Part shown: one piece after another, positions 1 through 15,181 of the stretch
How positions within the stretch are numbered: position 1 is the stretch's first letter
Layout: every line of letters begins with the position of its first letter
Source: Marsupella aquatica
Taxonomy: Eukaryota; Plantae; Marchantiophyta
NCBI GenBank assembly: GCA_973895155.1
Contig: OZ316893.1
Coordinates: forward strand, 20,092,857 to 20,156,856
Length of the DNA stretch: 64,000 nucleotides
Reading direction: 5' to 3'
Notes under the pieces: generated by a model
Database searches by the model: none
Told to the model about the DNA's origin: nothing
The model's input: only the letters and a program-made list of their open reading frames with translations
Program-made: the position numbers and the translations under genes

Positions 1-197
1 AGGAACGTCATAAGGGAACCACGCATCAAATAACGAACACCTAATTTACTTCTTATACACAGCACCAGAGAAGGGAAGCATCTGAAGGAGGTCGAAATGA
101 ATTACTTGAAAACTCAGTATACAGGACAAGATCTGCCTCAAAAATGCAGTTCCCGACGCCTACGTTACCCTCAAGGACACTCTTAAATGACACATTC

Positions 198-1196
198 TCA
201 ACGGTATCGTTTGAGAGATAAAGTGTTGTTCCTCTTCCACGTAGCATGTACTGAAGGTCGGGATTTGTGGTAAAGATGGCCTTTCCCACGTAGACCACGG
301 TGCTTCTTCCCAGCAGATGTCAACCCACGAAGCTCACGATGCTTATGGACAGGGTTAACAATCCAGTTGATTCTGGGATCCTTACGGATGGCAGAATGCG
401 CTGTGTCCACTAGGATAACTTCAAAATACTTGTAGGTTGAATCCTGCATTCATAAAAAGTGATGCAAGCTTCATTGGCCACTGATCAATCACTAGAGGGA
501 ACCGACGTCCCGGAGGATCTTGGGAACTAAGTTATACGTTTCAACCATTCTATATCAAAACTCCGTAGAACGAACCGAATGCATGACATTGACGCATCCA
601 TCTCAATATGTTAGGACATAAATAAATCACGTGTAATACCTGATTAATCCAGTAGGAATTGAGAACTCGAAGGCCTCCCAGCTTGCGCCCCGCTCGCTCC
701 TCCGCTACGGATCGCAAGCTGCGCTGAAACTTCAGCTGAGTAATACCCTGGTTCTTCGGCTTACCATACACAATACCCTTCGAAACGGGCCTCTTCCTGC
801 CACCTCGTCGCACCCTAATACGATACACAACGTAGCCCTGGATTCATTCAAAACACCGCCACTCAATTTCAGCTGATGCAGAGCTTACGGAGTAAAAGGA
901 AGCACAAACATCGTAGGTCACGAGCCATTTCATCGGAAATCTCCCTGAGCCGCAAGTCACCAGCAACATCGACAGGACCATCAGATGAAAAGAAAGCAGG
1001 GAAGAGAGTTCCAATCGTCACTGACCTGCTTGGCCTTGAAACCGAGACGGCGGGCCTTGTCTGGGCGAGAGGGGCGAGTGAGACGGACGATGCCCGGCAG
1101 TTGGCGAAACTCCCAGCATCGAACTCGCAGCAAAAACCTCAGCACGTCGGACTGCTTCTTGCGCCATAGCTCCTCGATATACTTGTAAGCACCCAT
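198..1196 (-). CDS. RPL15: 60S ribosomal protein L15 (eL15), 3 exons: 1026-1196, 640-837, 198-443
   Basis: Spliced translation [29 protein letters not shown]...GFKAKQ|[18 protein letters not shown]...YWINQ|[13 protein letters not shown]...LSLKRYR*, 204 aa, with GT-AG introns. Confidence 0.98.
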
Positions 1197-1345
1197 GTTT
1201 CCTACCACTCCGTCCCTCTCGAGCTGCCGCAAGCTCTTCCACCTCCCCCGTCGATTCTCCGAAAGGAAGAGCTCATGTGCAGAAATCAATCTTGTGTTCT
1301 GCTCCCCTCTGCTCGAGAGTGCGGCCATTACAGAACCTACACTCT

Positions 1346-1358
1346 TTTAGGGTTAGGG
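1346..1358. promoter_or_regulatory. Telo-box-like element upstream of RPL15
   Basis: TTTAGGGTTAGGG lies ~150 bp upstream of the RPL15 ATG. Telo-boxes are typical of plant ribosomal-protein promoters. Confidence 0.5.
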
Positions 1359-4300
1359 CTGCGTTAGGCTTGTTCGGCAACTTACTACTGTTTACAGTAT
1401 CGTACTGTAAGGTTACACACCAGGCTCGTGACCAAAGGGGGTTTGGTCACATTAGGCTGAACAAAGTGCAAAAAAAAACCAAAAAATGAAGTAAACATAA
1501 AAGACAAATCATTAAATGTTCCTCTCATATTCTCTTTCCTCTGCTTACATAAACCATTATGATCTTGCTTGAATACAAATACTATATGCAATACATTGGA
1601 TTTTGTTTTGGTCTCTTTGGAACAAGGGAAACTGTATAAAAGTCAGTATTGCGGTCCATTATTGCAGTCCTTATGTATTTTTTGGCAAAAGTAACTTGGG
1701 GGATTTTTTTTGGCCCCCATCACATAGCCAAACATAGTTAAGCCAATCACCTTGATTATGCTTACGATACCAGGGTTGGAAAGTTGAGCGGTTCTGCAAC
1801 TTACTACTGGTATACAGGGTTGTATTGTAAGGTTACACATCACCTTGAGGTTGGAGCGCTTCTGCAACTCACTACTTATTGAGTGCACTAATGATACCAT
1901 AGCCTGATGCTTGTGCAACAAATCTCAAGGTGAAAAAAAAGACAAATTTCAAGGTGAAAAAAAAGTCAAGGTGTGAAAAAATGTGAAGGAGAGAAAAGAT
2001 TACAAGGTGAGTCAAGAAAACATAGACTTTGCAACATAGTTGTTGAGACGTGTTATGTGTGATCCGACCATATAGTTGTTGTGATTGTGTTCAATACCCA
2101 TGCATTGCACATAAAATGTTGCAAAAAAAATGTCATTTTATAAAAAATGTACATGTCAAAAAAAGTTGCAAAATTGATGAGGGAGAGCACAAGAATTGAT
2201 GACTATCATTGCATAAATGATGTTCATGTCAAAAAAATGTTGCCAAAATGATGAGGAAGAACACAAGAATTGATGGCAACCTTGGCACGCACATTCACAC
2301 AATGCATTAGGTGGAGGGTGACATCCCCCCTCCCCCTCATGGCCTCCTCTCCCCCTTTCTCTTGGGCTGTTTACAATACCGTACTGTAAGATTACACATT
2401 ACCTTGAGTGCAATTCCCATACCAAGTTGAGAGGTTTGAGCAGCTCAACAACTTACTATTGTGCCTGTCCCTTTTGGTCTCCCTTAGTCCTCTTGCTTGT
2501 CATCACCCTTCCTTCCCCAACACACCCCAGCCTCCCTCCCCTCCAATAGAGAGCCTTTGTGACATCCGGGACCTTTAGAACAACCCTAGTGGTGTCTCAA
2601 GATAGATTCTCTATGGAGCAAAACGGAATTGATACAAGTGGTTCAATAGCTACTTCTAAGGTTTAATTGCAGCTCAATCTCTATATCTGATTGTGGTCAG
2701 AAGTTACAGTTGGGGTCTAGGCTTCTAGAGTAAAGCCTCTAGACCCTAACTCTAAGGCCCTACCAAAATTTATGTAAATGGAAATAATTATGGGAGATAA
2801 TGTATGTCAATGATGATTAGACATGACAGTTTCTCATCATTCCTATAAGTATTCAAAGAATGGGTATTCAGGCTAGTGGTTATCAAAGGGAACCAACGTG
2901 AAATCACTAGGTCTTTGGTCCATGACCCCTAAAACATCCAAACAAGATAAGTTGATTTATGAATGTTCATTAAATGAGCAATTTCGTTCTCTTGCAATAC
3001 ATGATTATCTGAATGCATAGAAAGGCTCTTCTCGATCAGTGAGGAAATGCAAGATTCGCTAAATGCTTAGATAGGCTCTTCTGTACAGGATGTGAGGTTT
3101 AGAGAAGCTCTTTTCCCCAAGGACATGCCGGGAGATGTCCAGGCAAGTGACAACAGCAAACATGATTGCAAGGGGCTAAATTGGTGCGAAGCCTCTGCAT
3201 ATGTGCGTTATTTGAAACAATAAGTTCTTCTTCTGTTCCCTACGAACCCACAAAGACATGCTTTGTTCTGTGCTGTGACAACCAAACCATGCCATGCAAT
3301 TACCTAGGCTTCTCTGCTCGATCAAGCTACAGTCCTGTTAATATTCAAGGTTGGCGATTTTCATGATAGTCAATGCTTTCATAGCTTTTTTGAGTTTTCA
3401 GAATTAGACCGTTCGTGACTGTTTTCAGTTCTTGAGAGTCAAATTGGATGTCAAGCACTTTCCTGTTTTCGTAAACCACGATAACCTCGGTTAAATGTCA
3501 AAATTCGGTGGGAAAACATTGAATGTTACAAATGTTTGCAGTACTTCATCAATGTTGTACGTGTAATCGTTAAGGTGTTCAAAACTTACAATTTTTCCGT
3601 TGCTTGAATGTTGAACCCGTCTGTATGTTGAGAAAGTTCCATGGTTACTCACTTCGCTACAGTTGGATAATCTTGCTGTGAGTCATCTGGTCGTGAAATA
3701 CAGACAGTGCAAAGCGATCGTAGTTGTTTATTACGACTGATGTATTGGTTGATCCATCTGCTGGAATCGGTGAGAACTTCAGCACGTAGTGAACGGGCAA
3801 TAGTAAAGCTGTGGAAAGCAGTGGAACTGGACACAAAGGAATTTGTCCGTTCGCTCTTGTCTTTTCTCAAGTATCTTTCAATTTGACAAGATTTCTCAGA
3901 TGAACAACAAAGCTCCCCTCTTTTCCGATTACGTGCACCTAATAAAATATCGCACACAAAGAAAATATGCCCAGAAGTCTTGCAATCATTGATTCTTTAC
4001 ATCGGCATGCAGCAAATGTTTACAATGCTTAAAGTATGCCAGTTAATAGTTCTCTAACTTAAACCAAACTTCCTCAAAAGGAGCATACACCAGGCTCCAA
4101 TAGAGGAGCAAGTTCAGAACTTCTATCAACCAGAGTCGAGTGTTTCTCGAAATTACTCTGGATTCAAACCTGACTTCTTCTTAAACCCTACAATAGGAAC
4201 AAAGCTCAATGAATGGACACTGTCAGATTGGTAAAAACTATAGTAAGCCAATTCACAATTGTCACAACAACTCAAAATTGGGCAATCCACCGGGGTCCAG

Positions 4301-4555
4301 GAGGTCTTCACTGCCTAAGTCTGTCCTAGTGGAATATCACAAAGACTACTACAATCGACCAGGGTATTGTGAGAAGATGCAGCTGGAGAGGCAGGAGCGG
4401 CGATAGACTGGGATTTATTGAAAAGGGTGAACAATACAAAATCAATATGTATGAAAGCCAATACAAGAACTACTCAACTGGCTCTCAACTGAAAATCGGT
4501 AATGGGACTGTTCTGAATTGCCAGAACAAACCCGGTTTCGTGTAAGTCCATGCCA

Positions 4556-5070
4556 TCAGTGATGCTCAGCAGGTTTTCCTCCCGCCTTTTCTGCAGCAGC
4601 TTGCCGTTCTCGTTCCTTGTTGATAGCATTCATCCTTGAGTACTGTGACAACAGATTAAATCAGATCAGTTACTCCCCCTCTGCCTCTAAAAATCTTCAA
4701 TTTCCGAATAGTGATGATTTCAATGTAATGTCCGCTTAGAAAAGAGAATTGCTATAAATTATGATAGACCACGATGAAGAGTTCTAACATGGAGCGAAAT
4801 GAATAGCAGCATTTGCAAGCCTTCCATAGGTGGACTCAGGAACAGGGCCCTCAAAATTGAAAGTGAAAAAGTAGAACGAAGGACGGCCGAGTTCCACAAC
4901 CAAATGAGCTACAACAATACCTCCTTGCGATGGTGAAGGCACTCGAAGTAGTCCTCACGGGCAGCTGCGCAGTCGGCAGGCGACGCACAGCGCGACATGC
5001 ACTCACTGAAATCCATCCAGACGTCGTAGCAACGACCCTTTCCACCATGGATCCCGAATCCCGACGCCAT
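4556..5070 (-). CDS. NDUFS5: Mitochondrial complex I subunit NDUFS5 (15 kDa), 2 exons: 4921-5070, 4556-4642
   Basis: Manual translation [50 protein letters not shown]|[28 protein letters not shown], 78 aa, with twin CX9C motif and a GT-AG intron. Not present in the ORF track. Confidence 0.93.
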
Positions 5071-7488
5071 ATCTCTCCACCAAATATGCTGTGCTAGACT
5101 GCAAGCTGCTGCTGAATCTCACCAAACCCTAGATTGGTGGAGCTTGAAGAAAACTGTAACTCGAAAACTGTCAAAAGCATGAAATCCTTGTCGCACTCCG
5201 AAACAAAGGGAAGCAAAGGCCGCCTTCGAATCAAACCACCCGCTCTCAAATTCTGATTCTCTTCTGGAGAACTCAGTCAGATTCGACGCCACGAGAATGT
5301 AGAGCAAATCGAAAGGAGCATCACTCGTCGCAGTCCCGCTCCGCACTGCACTGCAGGGAAGGCTTTTTTTCGGAATCTCACTGACCCCGTAATACATATG
5401 CAATCTGCTGTCCCTGTTTCATTACTCGAGATGCATTCCACTGTTTTTCTTATTGGCACATTTTAGCCAATAAGAAAGATTGCCGGTCGTCTTTTTTGGC
5501 AATATAGATAGATACCTTGCCAGTGAATTACTTCTATTTATCAATGTCACTATTTTTGTTTATGGCTTGAGAAAATTTATCAATCTCGCTGATTTTGTTT
5601 ATGGCATGAGAAAATTTAACTCAAGTTAGTTTTTTCATATACTATGGTTGTCATTGCACCCAGTTTCTTGATCAGACGGCCCTAGTCTACCCTGTGGACC
5701 CACCCTCTAGCCTCCTTCTCTAGCGAAAAGTCACCTTGATTAGTCAGTTGACCCAGGGGTGGGTCAGGTGGTCCAGTCCTCCCATCCTCTGCCCAGTCTC
5801 TGTCCAGTGCCAGCTTATCCTTGCACACAACTTTCTGTCCTGCAAATATTGGTTTTATCTAGCAGCTGAAGAGTTTCTTTCTACCCATGATTATTTCAAA
5901 CATTTGTCAATTAAATAACTATCTTTAACCATAGTAAATTGTTGAAAGGAACAAAGAAATAGAAACTAGTGATTGTGCTCCCGAAGTGGAATGCTTGGGC
6001 TGGTTTGTAGTTTGTAACTCATTTGAAAATGAGTAGTAGATAAATAATCAAGTGCAAGATAGAAAGGATCCAAGATTCAAGTTATTCGCGCCAATTAGCT
6101 TCAAATGATCATGAAGGTATAAGCAAGTCAGAATTAGGGGGGAAGCAAGATAAGCATTGATATGGAGATCCAAATGATTACATATTCAGTAAACTCGTCC
6201 AAATGGCTGCTCCATGATCCCACATGCCCTGTTCACATGATCTAAGGTGGTCACATAGAACTTGCAAAACAGGGCACACAACTTTGATACAAATCTTTAG
6301 ATATTTCCAAAGACCATATTTCCAAAGACCTGTCTATATTATTGAATTTAAGAATTGCTAAAAAGAGGCTAGAGAAGGAGACTAGAGGATAGGTCCACAA
6401 ACTAATAATCTTGTTTTGAAAGGAAATGTTGAGCATCACGAAGTGCACTCTACCCCCAAAAGCAAAAGTGGATACTAAATACATTGCAGTATTAGGGTGT
6501 CCCAATCCTCAAGCAATACACGGAAGAGGTTCTGGTCATAACATTTGACCCTAACGATGCTCATCGTCAAGTGGAAATATTGTTTGTGTGTGCCCAGCCA
6601 ACAAATTTTTCTTTCAACGTCTCATGGATTTCAGTAAAGAGCCACTAGCCATGACAAAAACCTGGTTCCACCAAGTTTCTTCATTTTTAGTATTGTTTTC
6701 CTGACATTGTGGAGCAAAGTCTCATGGTAGAGGAGAGGAATGTGAAAAAGGGAGAAGCCTTGGACACTTCTCCTTTTATATGGCTTGTGGTGTTTTAAGA
6801 ACAAAGAGTTAATGAACAGTGATCTCAATGTCCATAAGGTTTGGTTCTGTAACCCATAACTCACCTTTTAACACTAAGAACTTTGGTGCTTTGAGGCCCT
6901 CTTATATGGACACTGGTAGTATGGTTATGGCTTACAGTTTTCCAGTTATAGTTGTCTTAGTCTGACTAGCTTAGAGCATCGCACAGGTTCCCTGGTTGGC
7001 AGGCGGTAACTCTACTCTCTTTGGGGTCAGCTTTGAGCCAGTTGTCAAGCTCTTCCTCCAAGTTGAAGCTGGTTGCCCTGGTGACTGTCATTGTAGACCG
7101 TAGAGTGTCAAAGGCAGGCACACCGTTGTTGTGGAATCGAACTCTCAGGGGGCACTTTATTCAAATAGAACACATGGAACATTCTATTCAAATTGAGACG
7201 ACAAAGTTTTGGAAAACACACCCATGCATTCTTTTCGGGACTGTACTTCAAATTCAATCGCACAATGTCGCTTTTTGATTGGAACATACACGATGAACAT
7301 CCAGCAGTGCTTCCATAAATGCTCTCCCGAGTAGAGGGCCCAGACACTCAATTTGCAATGGGGCAATGGGTGCTATTAGAGTAAAAACCAGTTTTGCCCC
7401 TGGAAGGCCATATTTCTCCATTGTTAAATAGAACGGCAGCACCTGAAAGTCCACTTCAAGTTCGTATACTGATATAGTAGGAAGTATC

Positions 7489-10400
7489 TCATTCACCTCC
7501 CCTTCCTGAACCATCCGTGGATATATCTTGCATGCGAGCTTGTACGCTGCTAGAAGTGAATTTCAGCGGCAAGGTTGCTTCTTTCACTAAAAAGTTCACA
7601 AGAATTCTGCCGTTTTCTGTCCCAGCAAGCTCTACGAGAGATAAAAAAACACTAGCTCCACCACGTAGAACCTGAAATATAGATGTCTGTCGTTGTGACA
7701 GCTCAACCAAAGATACCTGACAATGATGAAACAAGTTCAGACAAGTTTATCCAAGTAGATGACAAATCTGCCCACACTCAGTTGTGGGTGAACTTGCGAT
7801 AGGATTTAGTTCCTGAGACACCAGAAATCTGTATGTAGCCCATTAACTGCTGCTGAAGCTGTGTCAAATGCAACAAGAAGAAGCACACATACATATAGCA
7901 AACGCTTAACACAGACCATAACTGGGAGCTGCAATCCAAAATTTGTCGGCACTTCACAAGAAGTCCCAGGGGTTGGCTCAAAATATACCAAAATTGAAAA
8001 CGACAAGTATTTCTTGACTCCAAATAGCAATAAAGTTGGAAAAAGTCACCTTCTCATTTAGTGCAATTCCTGCCTTCACCTTGGCAATCGCAACTGCCCT
8101 CCAGAAACCACCTACAGCATCAACTAGGCCGCGATTTGCAGCTGCTTTCCCAGTCCACACTCGTCCTTGCGCAACCTCTTCCATCTTTTCAATCTGAAGA
8201 GAGATCAACATGACTTAAGGCTACTACCTTACCGTTACACATATTCGTCTGTTGTATTTTTCAAACTGTGAATAGCCATGTATGTTTATTGAGGAAATAA
8301 CTATTTCTTTCTTTTGAATAATTCGTTTATAACCAATAAGGAAAAGACAAGAAATTCACAAGGGAACGCTCTCAAAGAATCAACTACAGAAGCAGAGAAT
8401 TAGGGTAGAGGATATAACTCTTGCAGAGTAAACCAGATTTATGTATTTGGAAATCCATGACTTGAGATTGACTGAGGCCTTCAAACAAGACAAGGACAAG
8501 TAATGCAGCTGTCTAGAAGCATACCTCCATGGACCTGGAGAGGGCAGCCTTATCTCGAAATGACTTGTATGAATTTTGAGCACTCTGCGCAAAATACTCC
8601 TGCTCCTCTGGGCTGCAAAGACAATAAGCGAGTTCTATTTGAACATGGCACGCTGACTTTCACCTAAACTATCACGAAGATCAGTATTGCAAAGGAACAT
8701 AGGCAGAAAATTGTAAAGCTTACTTAGTTGCCGGTTCTGTGGTCATTCACCCAGAAAAGACACAGCTAATTAGGTTGCACCCAGGACTAAATATATTCAA
8801 TATATGAGGGAAGGAAATCCAAAGACATGAGAATGAATTCCCCTTCCCAGATCCGGACATCCGGATATCTACCGTAATTTCTTCCAAAAAGGCCCCAGAC
8901 ACTTGAACACCAACACCCTCGGGGCCACCTATACGCCTAAGAATCTAGGGAGAGTATCCAAAGTCCACATTAAGGACCTCCGGATATCCTTCACAAAGGC
9001 TAGTAACAACTCACTCTCCCTTTACTTGCTATTCTACCTTCCTGGCGACCTGTCCATTAATTTATTCATGGTTTGAAATCAATTTAGCTGTATTTTTTCT
9101 TTGTTCGATCTGCAGTGATTTCTTCAACTGTCCCATCAATATTGTAACTCAAAAGACAACTTCTATTACACCCACCATATCCTGATATCTGCAGCCCTAT
9201 TCAACGAATTTTTCCTTCTAAAATTCTCCAATCCATGTTTCCCTATGCCAAGTATTTTTGTGTAAGGATTAAGATTATCCACATAAGCCAGGTAGAATTG
9301 CCATAAGGCTTTCGCGCTAACAGATATACTCAAAAATATTATTCAAGCCAATTAATTGACATAGCATCACAGGTTCCTACGGAGCTATCCAATCAAAGGA
9401 ACTTCATCCAAATTCAGCGAAAACATGATTGAAAAATGCGTGACCCCACACTAAGATGAACCACACCCTAAACTGTGAGCACGAACAGAAAGTGCATTCA
9501 AAGGAAAAGCTACCTCCACTCAGCACAGACTCATGATAAATAGAATGATGTGCACCTGAAAGAACGTTGTTCGGCATCAAGTTCAGCAAATCGTCCCCTA
9601 GAGATGATCTCCTTCGTATAGCCAATGCGCTCATATAGCTGTCCAAGATTAAACTTTCCTGACAGGGCCACAACTGTTGTTAGCACATGTAGCCTGGGAA
9701 GGGGTATCTATCACAGCATCAACAATCATGTGGATCTAAGATGCTATCTAAAATGCCGAAAGACTACACAGATAACATATTCTCTACGTAGGATATATTA
9801 GATACCTGTTACAACTCCAATCGATCCCGTAAGAGTGAGGCCCTCTGCGACAATAACCCCAGCAGCCATGGCCATGTAATAACCTCCACTTGCAGCGACA
9901 TCCGCCATGGACGCAATGACTGGCTTCTTGGCAGCCAAAAGCTTTATCTCCCTCCACATTCTACGAATTTGACAACAATCCCAACCTTTGAGTATGCTCA
10001 CTGTCAACTCTGAAGTCATGGTCTAAATTCTAAATGGACTTATATACGACAATCCAGCGAAAGATGACAGATCATTTAGTGCTAGTGAGCTCATCTTATG
10101 CATTCGGTTTCAACGTTATAGACCTGCAGCCCTTCTAACTTTTCGTCCCGATTTGAGCACAAGGTCACACAACTCATGCAATTCCTTACCAAAACATTTC
10201 CCTGCAACGGATTATTATATCCGTACTAATACTCAATAGAACTAAGGAGACAGAATATAGGTCAAGATAAAACGACACTCACAAGTCAGATGCCAGGGCA
10301 TCACCACCTGGACTATCAATTCGTAGTACGACCGCCTTAAATTCTTTCGCGTCTGTACCAAAAATTGCATTTCAGCAGTCTGGGTTACATACTTTCAAAT

Positions 10401-13400
10401 ATAATCAACGTCGCCAATGTCGAAGGGACATCAGATACTAAGCTTTGTACTCAACCATGAAAACTGAGAAGTGAAAGAGGAGAGAGAAACCTCGAACTCT
10501 TCGAATCTTCTCAATAAACGAGTCGCTCACGATACCCTCTCCAGAAATTCCGAGGCCTCCACGTGCTCGGCTGATACCTCCCACAGCTCGGATGACAGCA
10601 ATTTTTGTGCGACCTCCGGATAACCCAAGAGTCCATTCCTTTACTTTTGAATACCGTCTACATGATTACAAAGAAACACAACCAGCTAATCTCAGTCCAT
10701 GCTCCTGTTTAACCTATACAGCAAACAAAGAGCCAATTCCATCTCTTTGTATTCGATTGAAATGCTAATGAAACTCAATCGCAGGGAAAACTTTTATGTC
10801 CCTATTGTTTTTGTCCTTTTCCTCCAACACATCCATTGAAACTTGTATGTCCCGATTACATTTGTCTATTGTTTTAGACACCAATCAAGGTGCCGCAAGC
10901 AAAGCCTACTAGCCATATCTACAATCTCTAAAAATCTGTAATTTATCCATTCAAACCTTTCTCGAAGCTATAAAAACTCAACCTCTTCGTTGATACTGCT
11001 AAAAGCATACATACTTGTAACACAACAAATACTCTGTAAGTTGTCCCCATCAACAATATATTTCCAGACCATGGGACCGTATTCATCGCGTGGGACCCAA
11101 CAAAGCCGTGCAATGAACAATGTAGAAAAACCAAAGAGAGATCTTACTTGTAGTCAACACTTGGAAGCTTCTTGCCTTCCTTAATTCCTAGTCTCTGCTT
11201 CACCATTTCCTCCACCTGAGACAGTCATCATCACTCAGAATTCTTGTAGTGAAAGTATCTCGTTTGAAGGTCTGCATCTTCCACCGAGCTTTGCAATGAA
11301 TATTGACCTACTTCAGCAGCACACGCAAATCCAGAGTTTAAGTAACTAAATACCTCATCCTCATATTTTAAATCTGTTATCCACCCTCCTTCCTTTAACT
11401 TAGGTAGCTCGAAAATGCCTGCATTGAGTAACTCTTCCACTTCGTTCTTTGTCTTACCTGTTTTACACTCACCAAATCCACGAATGCTTCGAACTTTAGA
11501 AAAGATGGTAAGCAAACAGTATCTTAACGCAGCAGAATCGCTCTTTGTATCTCTCGGTTAGAATGGATAACGAATATACCTTAAAGTCTTTAAGCTTCGA
11601 AAGGGGCATGAACACAACCTGCCGGAGAGAGTAATATTAAGAGAGGTGACAGGTGTAACCTCACCCAAGAACTTTGTATAACCTCAGTTACAATTGTAAC
11701 AAACACTACCATCGTGCAAGAGTTCTAGCTACAACGCCTTACGAGGATGATGATGTGAAACCCAGCGCAAAACTAGCAGAGCATGGACTTGCCAAATCTC
11801 AAAACATTCCCTGCTTGCTATTATGAGGGAACCTTAAACCCAATTTCGATTCTTAGTCGAAGTTCTTTGGCACAAGCTCTCTACTCCGACAGCTACTAGA
11901 GGCAGTATTAATGAGGTGATACTGACTGATATCTATATTCCGAGACCATGGCCCTGTTGTTGCAACTTGATATATTAGAGTCTTAGTAATTGACTGTAAA
12001 ATTGTTCATTGCAGTTTTCAATTCATACTTAGAATGGGAAGCAAACAGACCTCTTGAGGTTGAAACTCCATGAAGCCAATTATCGTAGATATCATCAAGG
12101 AGAGCAGTCAGCATCTCCCGGTTCGGTTCGGACATACTTTTCCTTGTAACCTGATCACCCAAACTCTTGTACTTTCCTATGGCTTGGACCTGTGGTTCGA
12201 CACCAACTTTCTCCAACACACCTGCTAACATGCAAAGCACGGAGCTGCAGAGTTTAGAAATTATTGAATTACACACAAAGCCTCAAATAAATCCAGAAGT
12301 CTTCTCAGATGCAAATACCCTAAAGATGGCCATCCCTTACGGATCACCACATGAAAGGTTACTTAAGAAGTAGCTATTGCATGTCATTTAGCGACAGTCA
12401 CATGAACAACTATCAAATAAATCTCCAGAGACAAACTCGATGCAGCATAGATGTCCAATGAGCTGACCTCCAAGGAATGTTGCCTGCACCTTGAGACCCA
12501 GTAGCGATATGTATGCTCCAGGAGGGGCGTATACCTCCCCACATTTGCAAGCGAGATAGTACTCCTTCTCACCAGCAACAACTATAAAACCTATTACAAA
12601 CTTTCCTGCAGTACAAAGTCAGACGTAACCTCAGTAAGGGAACAAGTGATCAGTAACTAAATCGCAAGAAACAAGAAGCAAGTGTTGGAATAACACAACA
12701 ACGATGAATCGAGTACCTGATTTTTTGAAATAGTCAAGATGACGACAAATTTCATCAATTTTTCCCCATCCGCACTCTAAGGGCTCAAAGCGAATCACGA
12801 TTCCTACAATTCGAGGATCATGTGCTGCTTTGATCAGGTTTTGACAGATCATTGGCAGTGAAAGGCCCTGTGAAAAACGACCCGGGACCTGCTCTGTAAC
12901 CTGATTCAGACCAGTGCCTCTGTAAGATATGCATTCACCTATCGAGAGATTAAGGCAAATCATTCATGACGGCGGTCATTCAATCGCTTATATGGTTGCC
13001 AGCAAACAATTATGTGATTATTTAAGGGTCAAATGCACATAGGTGCAACATTGTAGGTTAAGAACCAGACCTATGTATAGCGAGTTGCGACGACAAATGC
13101 ACTATGATAGCTCCGAAGATTGGAGATATCTTCTCTGTTTATTTTTTAGTACTGACAACCCTTCAGCTACTAGCATCTGGAACTCACCGAGCCTCCAAAT
13201 TTCAGCTTTAGAACACTGCCTTTCTTCACTCTTTGCCACGGGAAGGCAATCAGCATCCGGCATTTCGTCACAAAGCCGTCCCATCCTCCACGCTCCTGAT
13301 ACTCAAGTTCTCCAGACGGGTATTCTTCTTTAAATGTCGCTCCATTTGCCTCGACTGGACTCTCTTTTGAGCTACTTGTTTGCTCTACATCTTTATTTTC

Positions 13401-14659
13401 TGTCACTTGTTGCTCTGCTTTCTCATCGAGTGCTCGGACTGAACTTCCCCATCTCCCGAAACGTTGTGTGTCACCTAAGAGGGGCAACAATACCCTAGAG
13501 GTTCCCTTCTGACCACAATCCCTGACCGAGGTCCTAGAGAGATTTACCCTCCCACTTCCATGCCGATAAAATGCTTTGATAGATCTAACCTGCAAACAAA
13601 AATTCGATTCGAATCGACGTAAGCCTGGGAGACATACAGAGATGAACTGAAAAGGGGAAACCAAAACTAGACGAAATCAATACGAACAGACATCAAACAT
13701 ATCAAAGACACTTGAGGAACAATGGTAGACAAGAAATTGTCACTGTATCTCAGAACTATGCCCTGTGATATTATATCATAATTAACAATTTCTTCCCAGA
13801 AAAAAAAAAGATTCACTTCACGTTCCTGTAACAAATGCTCTAGTTCATGAAATGTTCGAACTGACAGCTGCAGGCATGCTTGTAGGAGCCATGAACTTTG
13901 AACGCCGTGCTCTTTCATTCAAGAACCATTGGAACACCCAAACCGAAGGCCAGTGACCAAATTAATTTATGTTTCGTTTATTTTACTCTCATGAAGTCAC
14001 AAATGATCAACTCCTTTACGTCACTCCATACAAGAAAGCCGAGAAAACGATTTCAAGGATTATTGGTAGGAAGAAAGCTGGCTTTTGAAATGTGTTCACT
14101 CCATTTAGTAAAAGGAAACCACAGGATGCAAATGGTTGACAAGCGGTTCAATTCAGCTAAGGTCACAAGTCCACAAACTCATGATCAAAGATACAGTTGT
14201 AAGATTCCACAAACTTGACGATTGCTTGTTTAGGTTGTAAAATAATTGTATCTAAACAGCACTTTGCAGCTGAGTTTATTTACACTTGTTGATTTATGTA
14301 CAAATAAAATTGCTGGATGCATTTTGGTCATTTTCTCAGCGAAAGGTCTCTAGTACATAGTTGAGCCGGCACTTTTTCGATTCTCCATTTTAATCAAAGC
14401 AGCACAGGGAGGGAAAACAGCCACCATATGTGTTGTCTACTTGAAAAACAGTGGAAATACATAGCGTGTCATACAAAATGGAGCCAGCGGCCAGCTTAAT
14501 TGCTTCGTCTGCCCAACAGGCATCCTTCTGGAGTGAATGCAGATCGGGTGCAACAGTGAGAAGAATTCAGACGACAAGGCAAAGCTGTACCTGATTCGGG
14601 AAGTGTGCATCGCATCCCAAAAGAGCTGACACGAGCGCTCTCCCTGAAACGCTCGTCAT
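7489..14659 (-). CDS. SPPA: Chloroplast serine protease SppA (protease IV, S49), multi-exon; first exon tentative
   Basis: Exons encode [77 protein letters not shown] and VAQGRVWTG...GLVDAVGG. Stop at 7489. The candidate first exon 14591-14659 is phase-compatible with the exon starting at 13589. Confidence 0.92.
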
Positions 14660-15181
14660 GTATGGAAGAGAGGTTGAAACTGACTATTGGCAGGCGATCA
14701 TGAGCAGTAGAATCATGAGCAGTAGAATTGCGTAGATTCAGTAATTTCTCCCCCACACAGTGCAACCTTCAATTCCCAAGAAATTGGACGACGCCTGAAT
14801 TGTCGTAGATTGTCGGGAGAAACACAGCATCCGCGAGCAAAACATCGCAGGAAAGAGGGAGAACAACACAATCAGTGAATGCGATAAGCCTAGCGGGGGA
14901 GAAAAATGCAAAGCAAAGAAATGAAGACAAACATCATGACAAGGCCATTTCGCTCAATTCCTGTGACACATCACCAATTCAAAATTCCGCCAGACTCCGG
15001 GCAAATTGAAATCAGAGTTCGGATACTTTTCACAAACCTGGGGTCCAGAAACGAGTTGGCATGCATGAAAATCGCTTGCAGGATCCGGTGCAAGAATTCA
15101 GGCAAGGGAGGAAGGCCCCGTCGAACAAGCGCTACTCTCCAATTAATCTCATCCACTCCACACCGCTCCTGTCTCGTGTAC

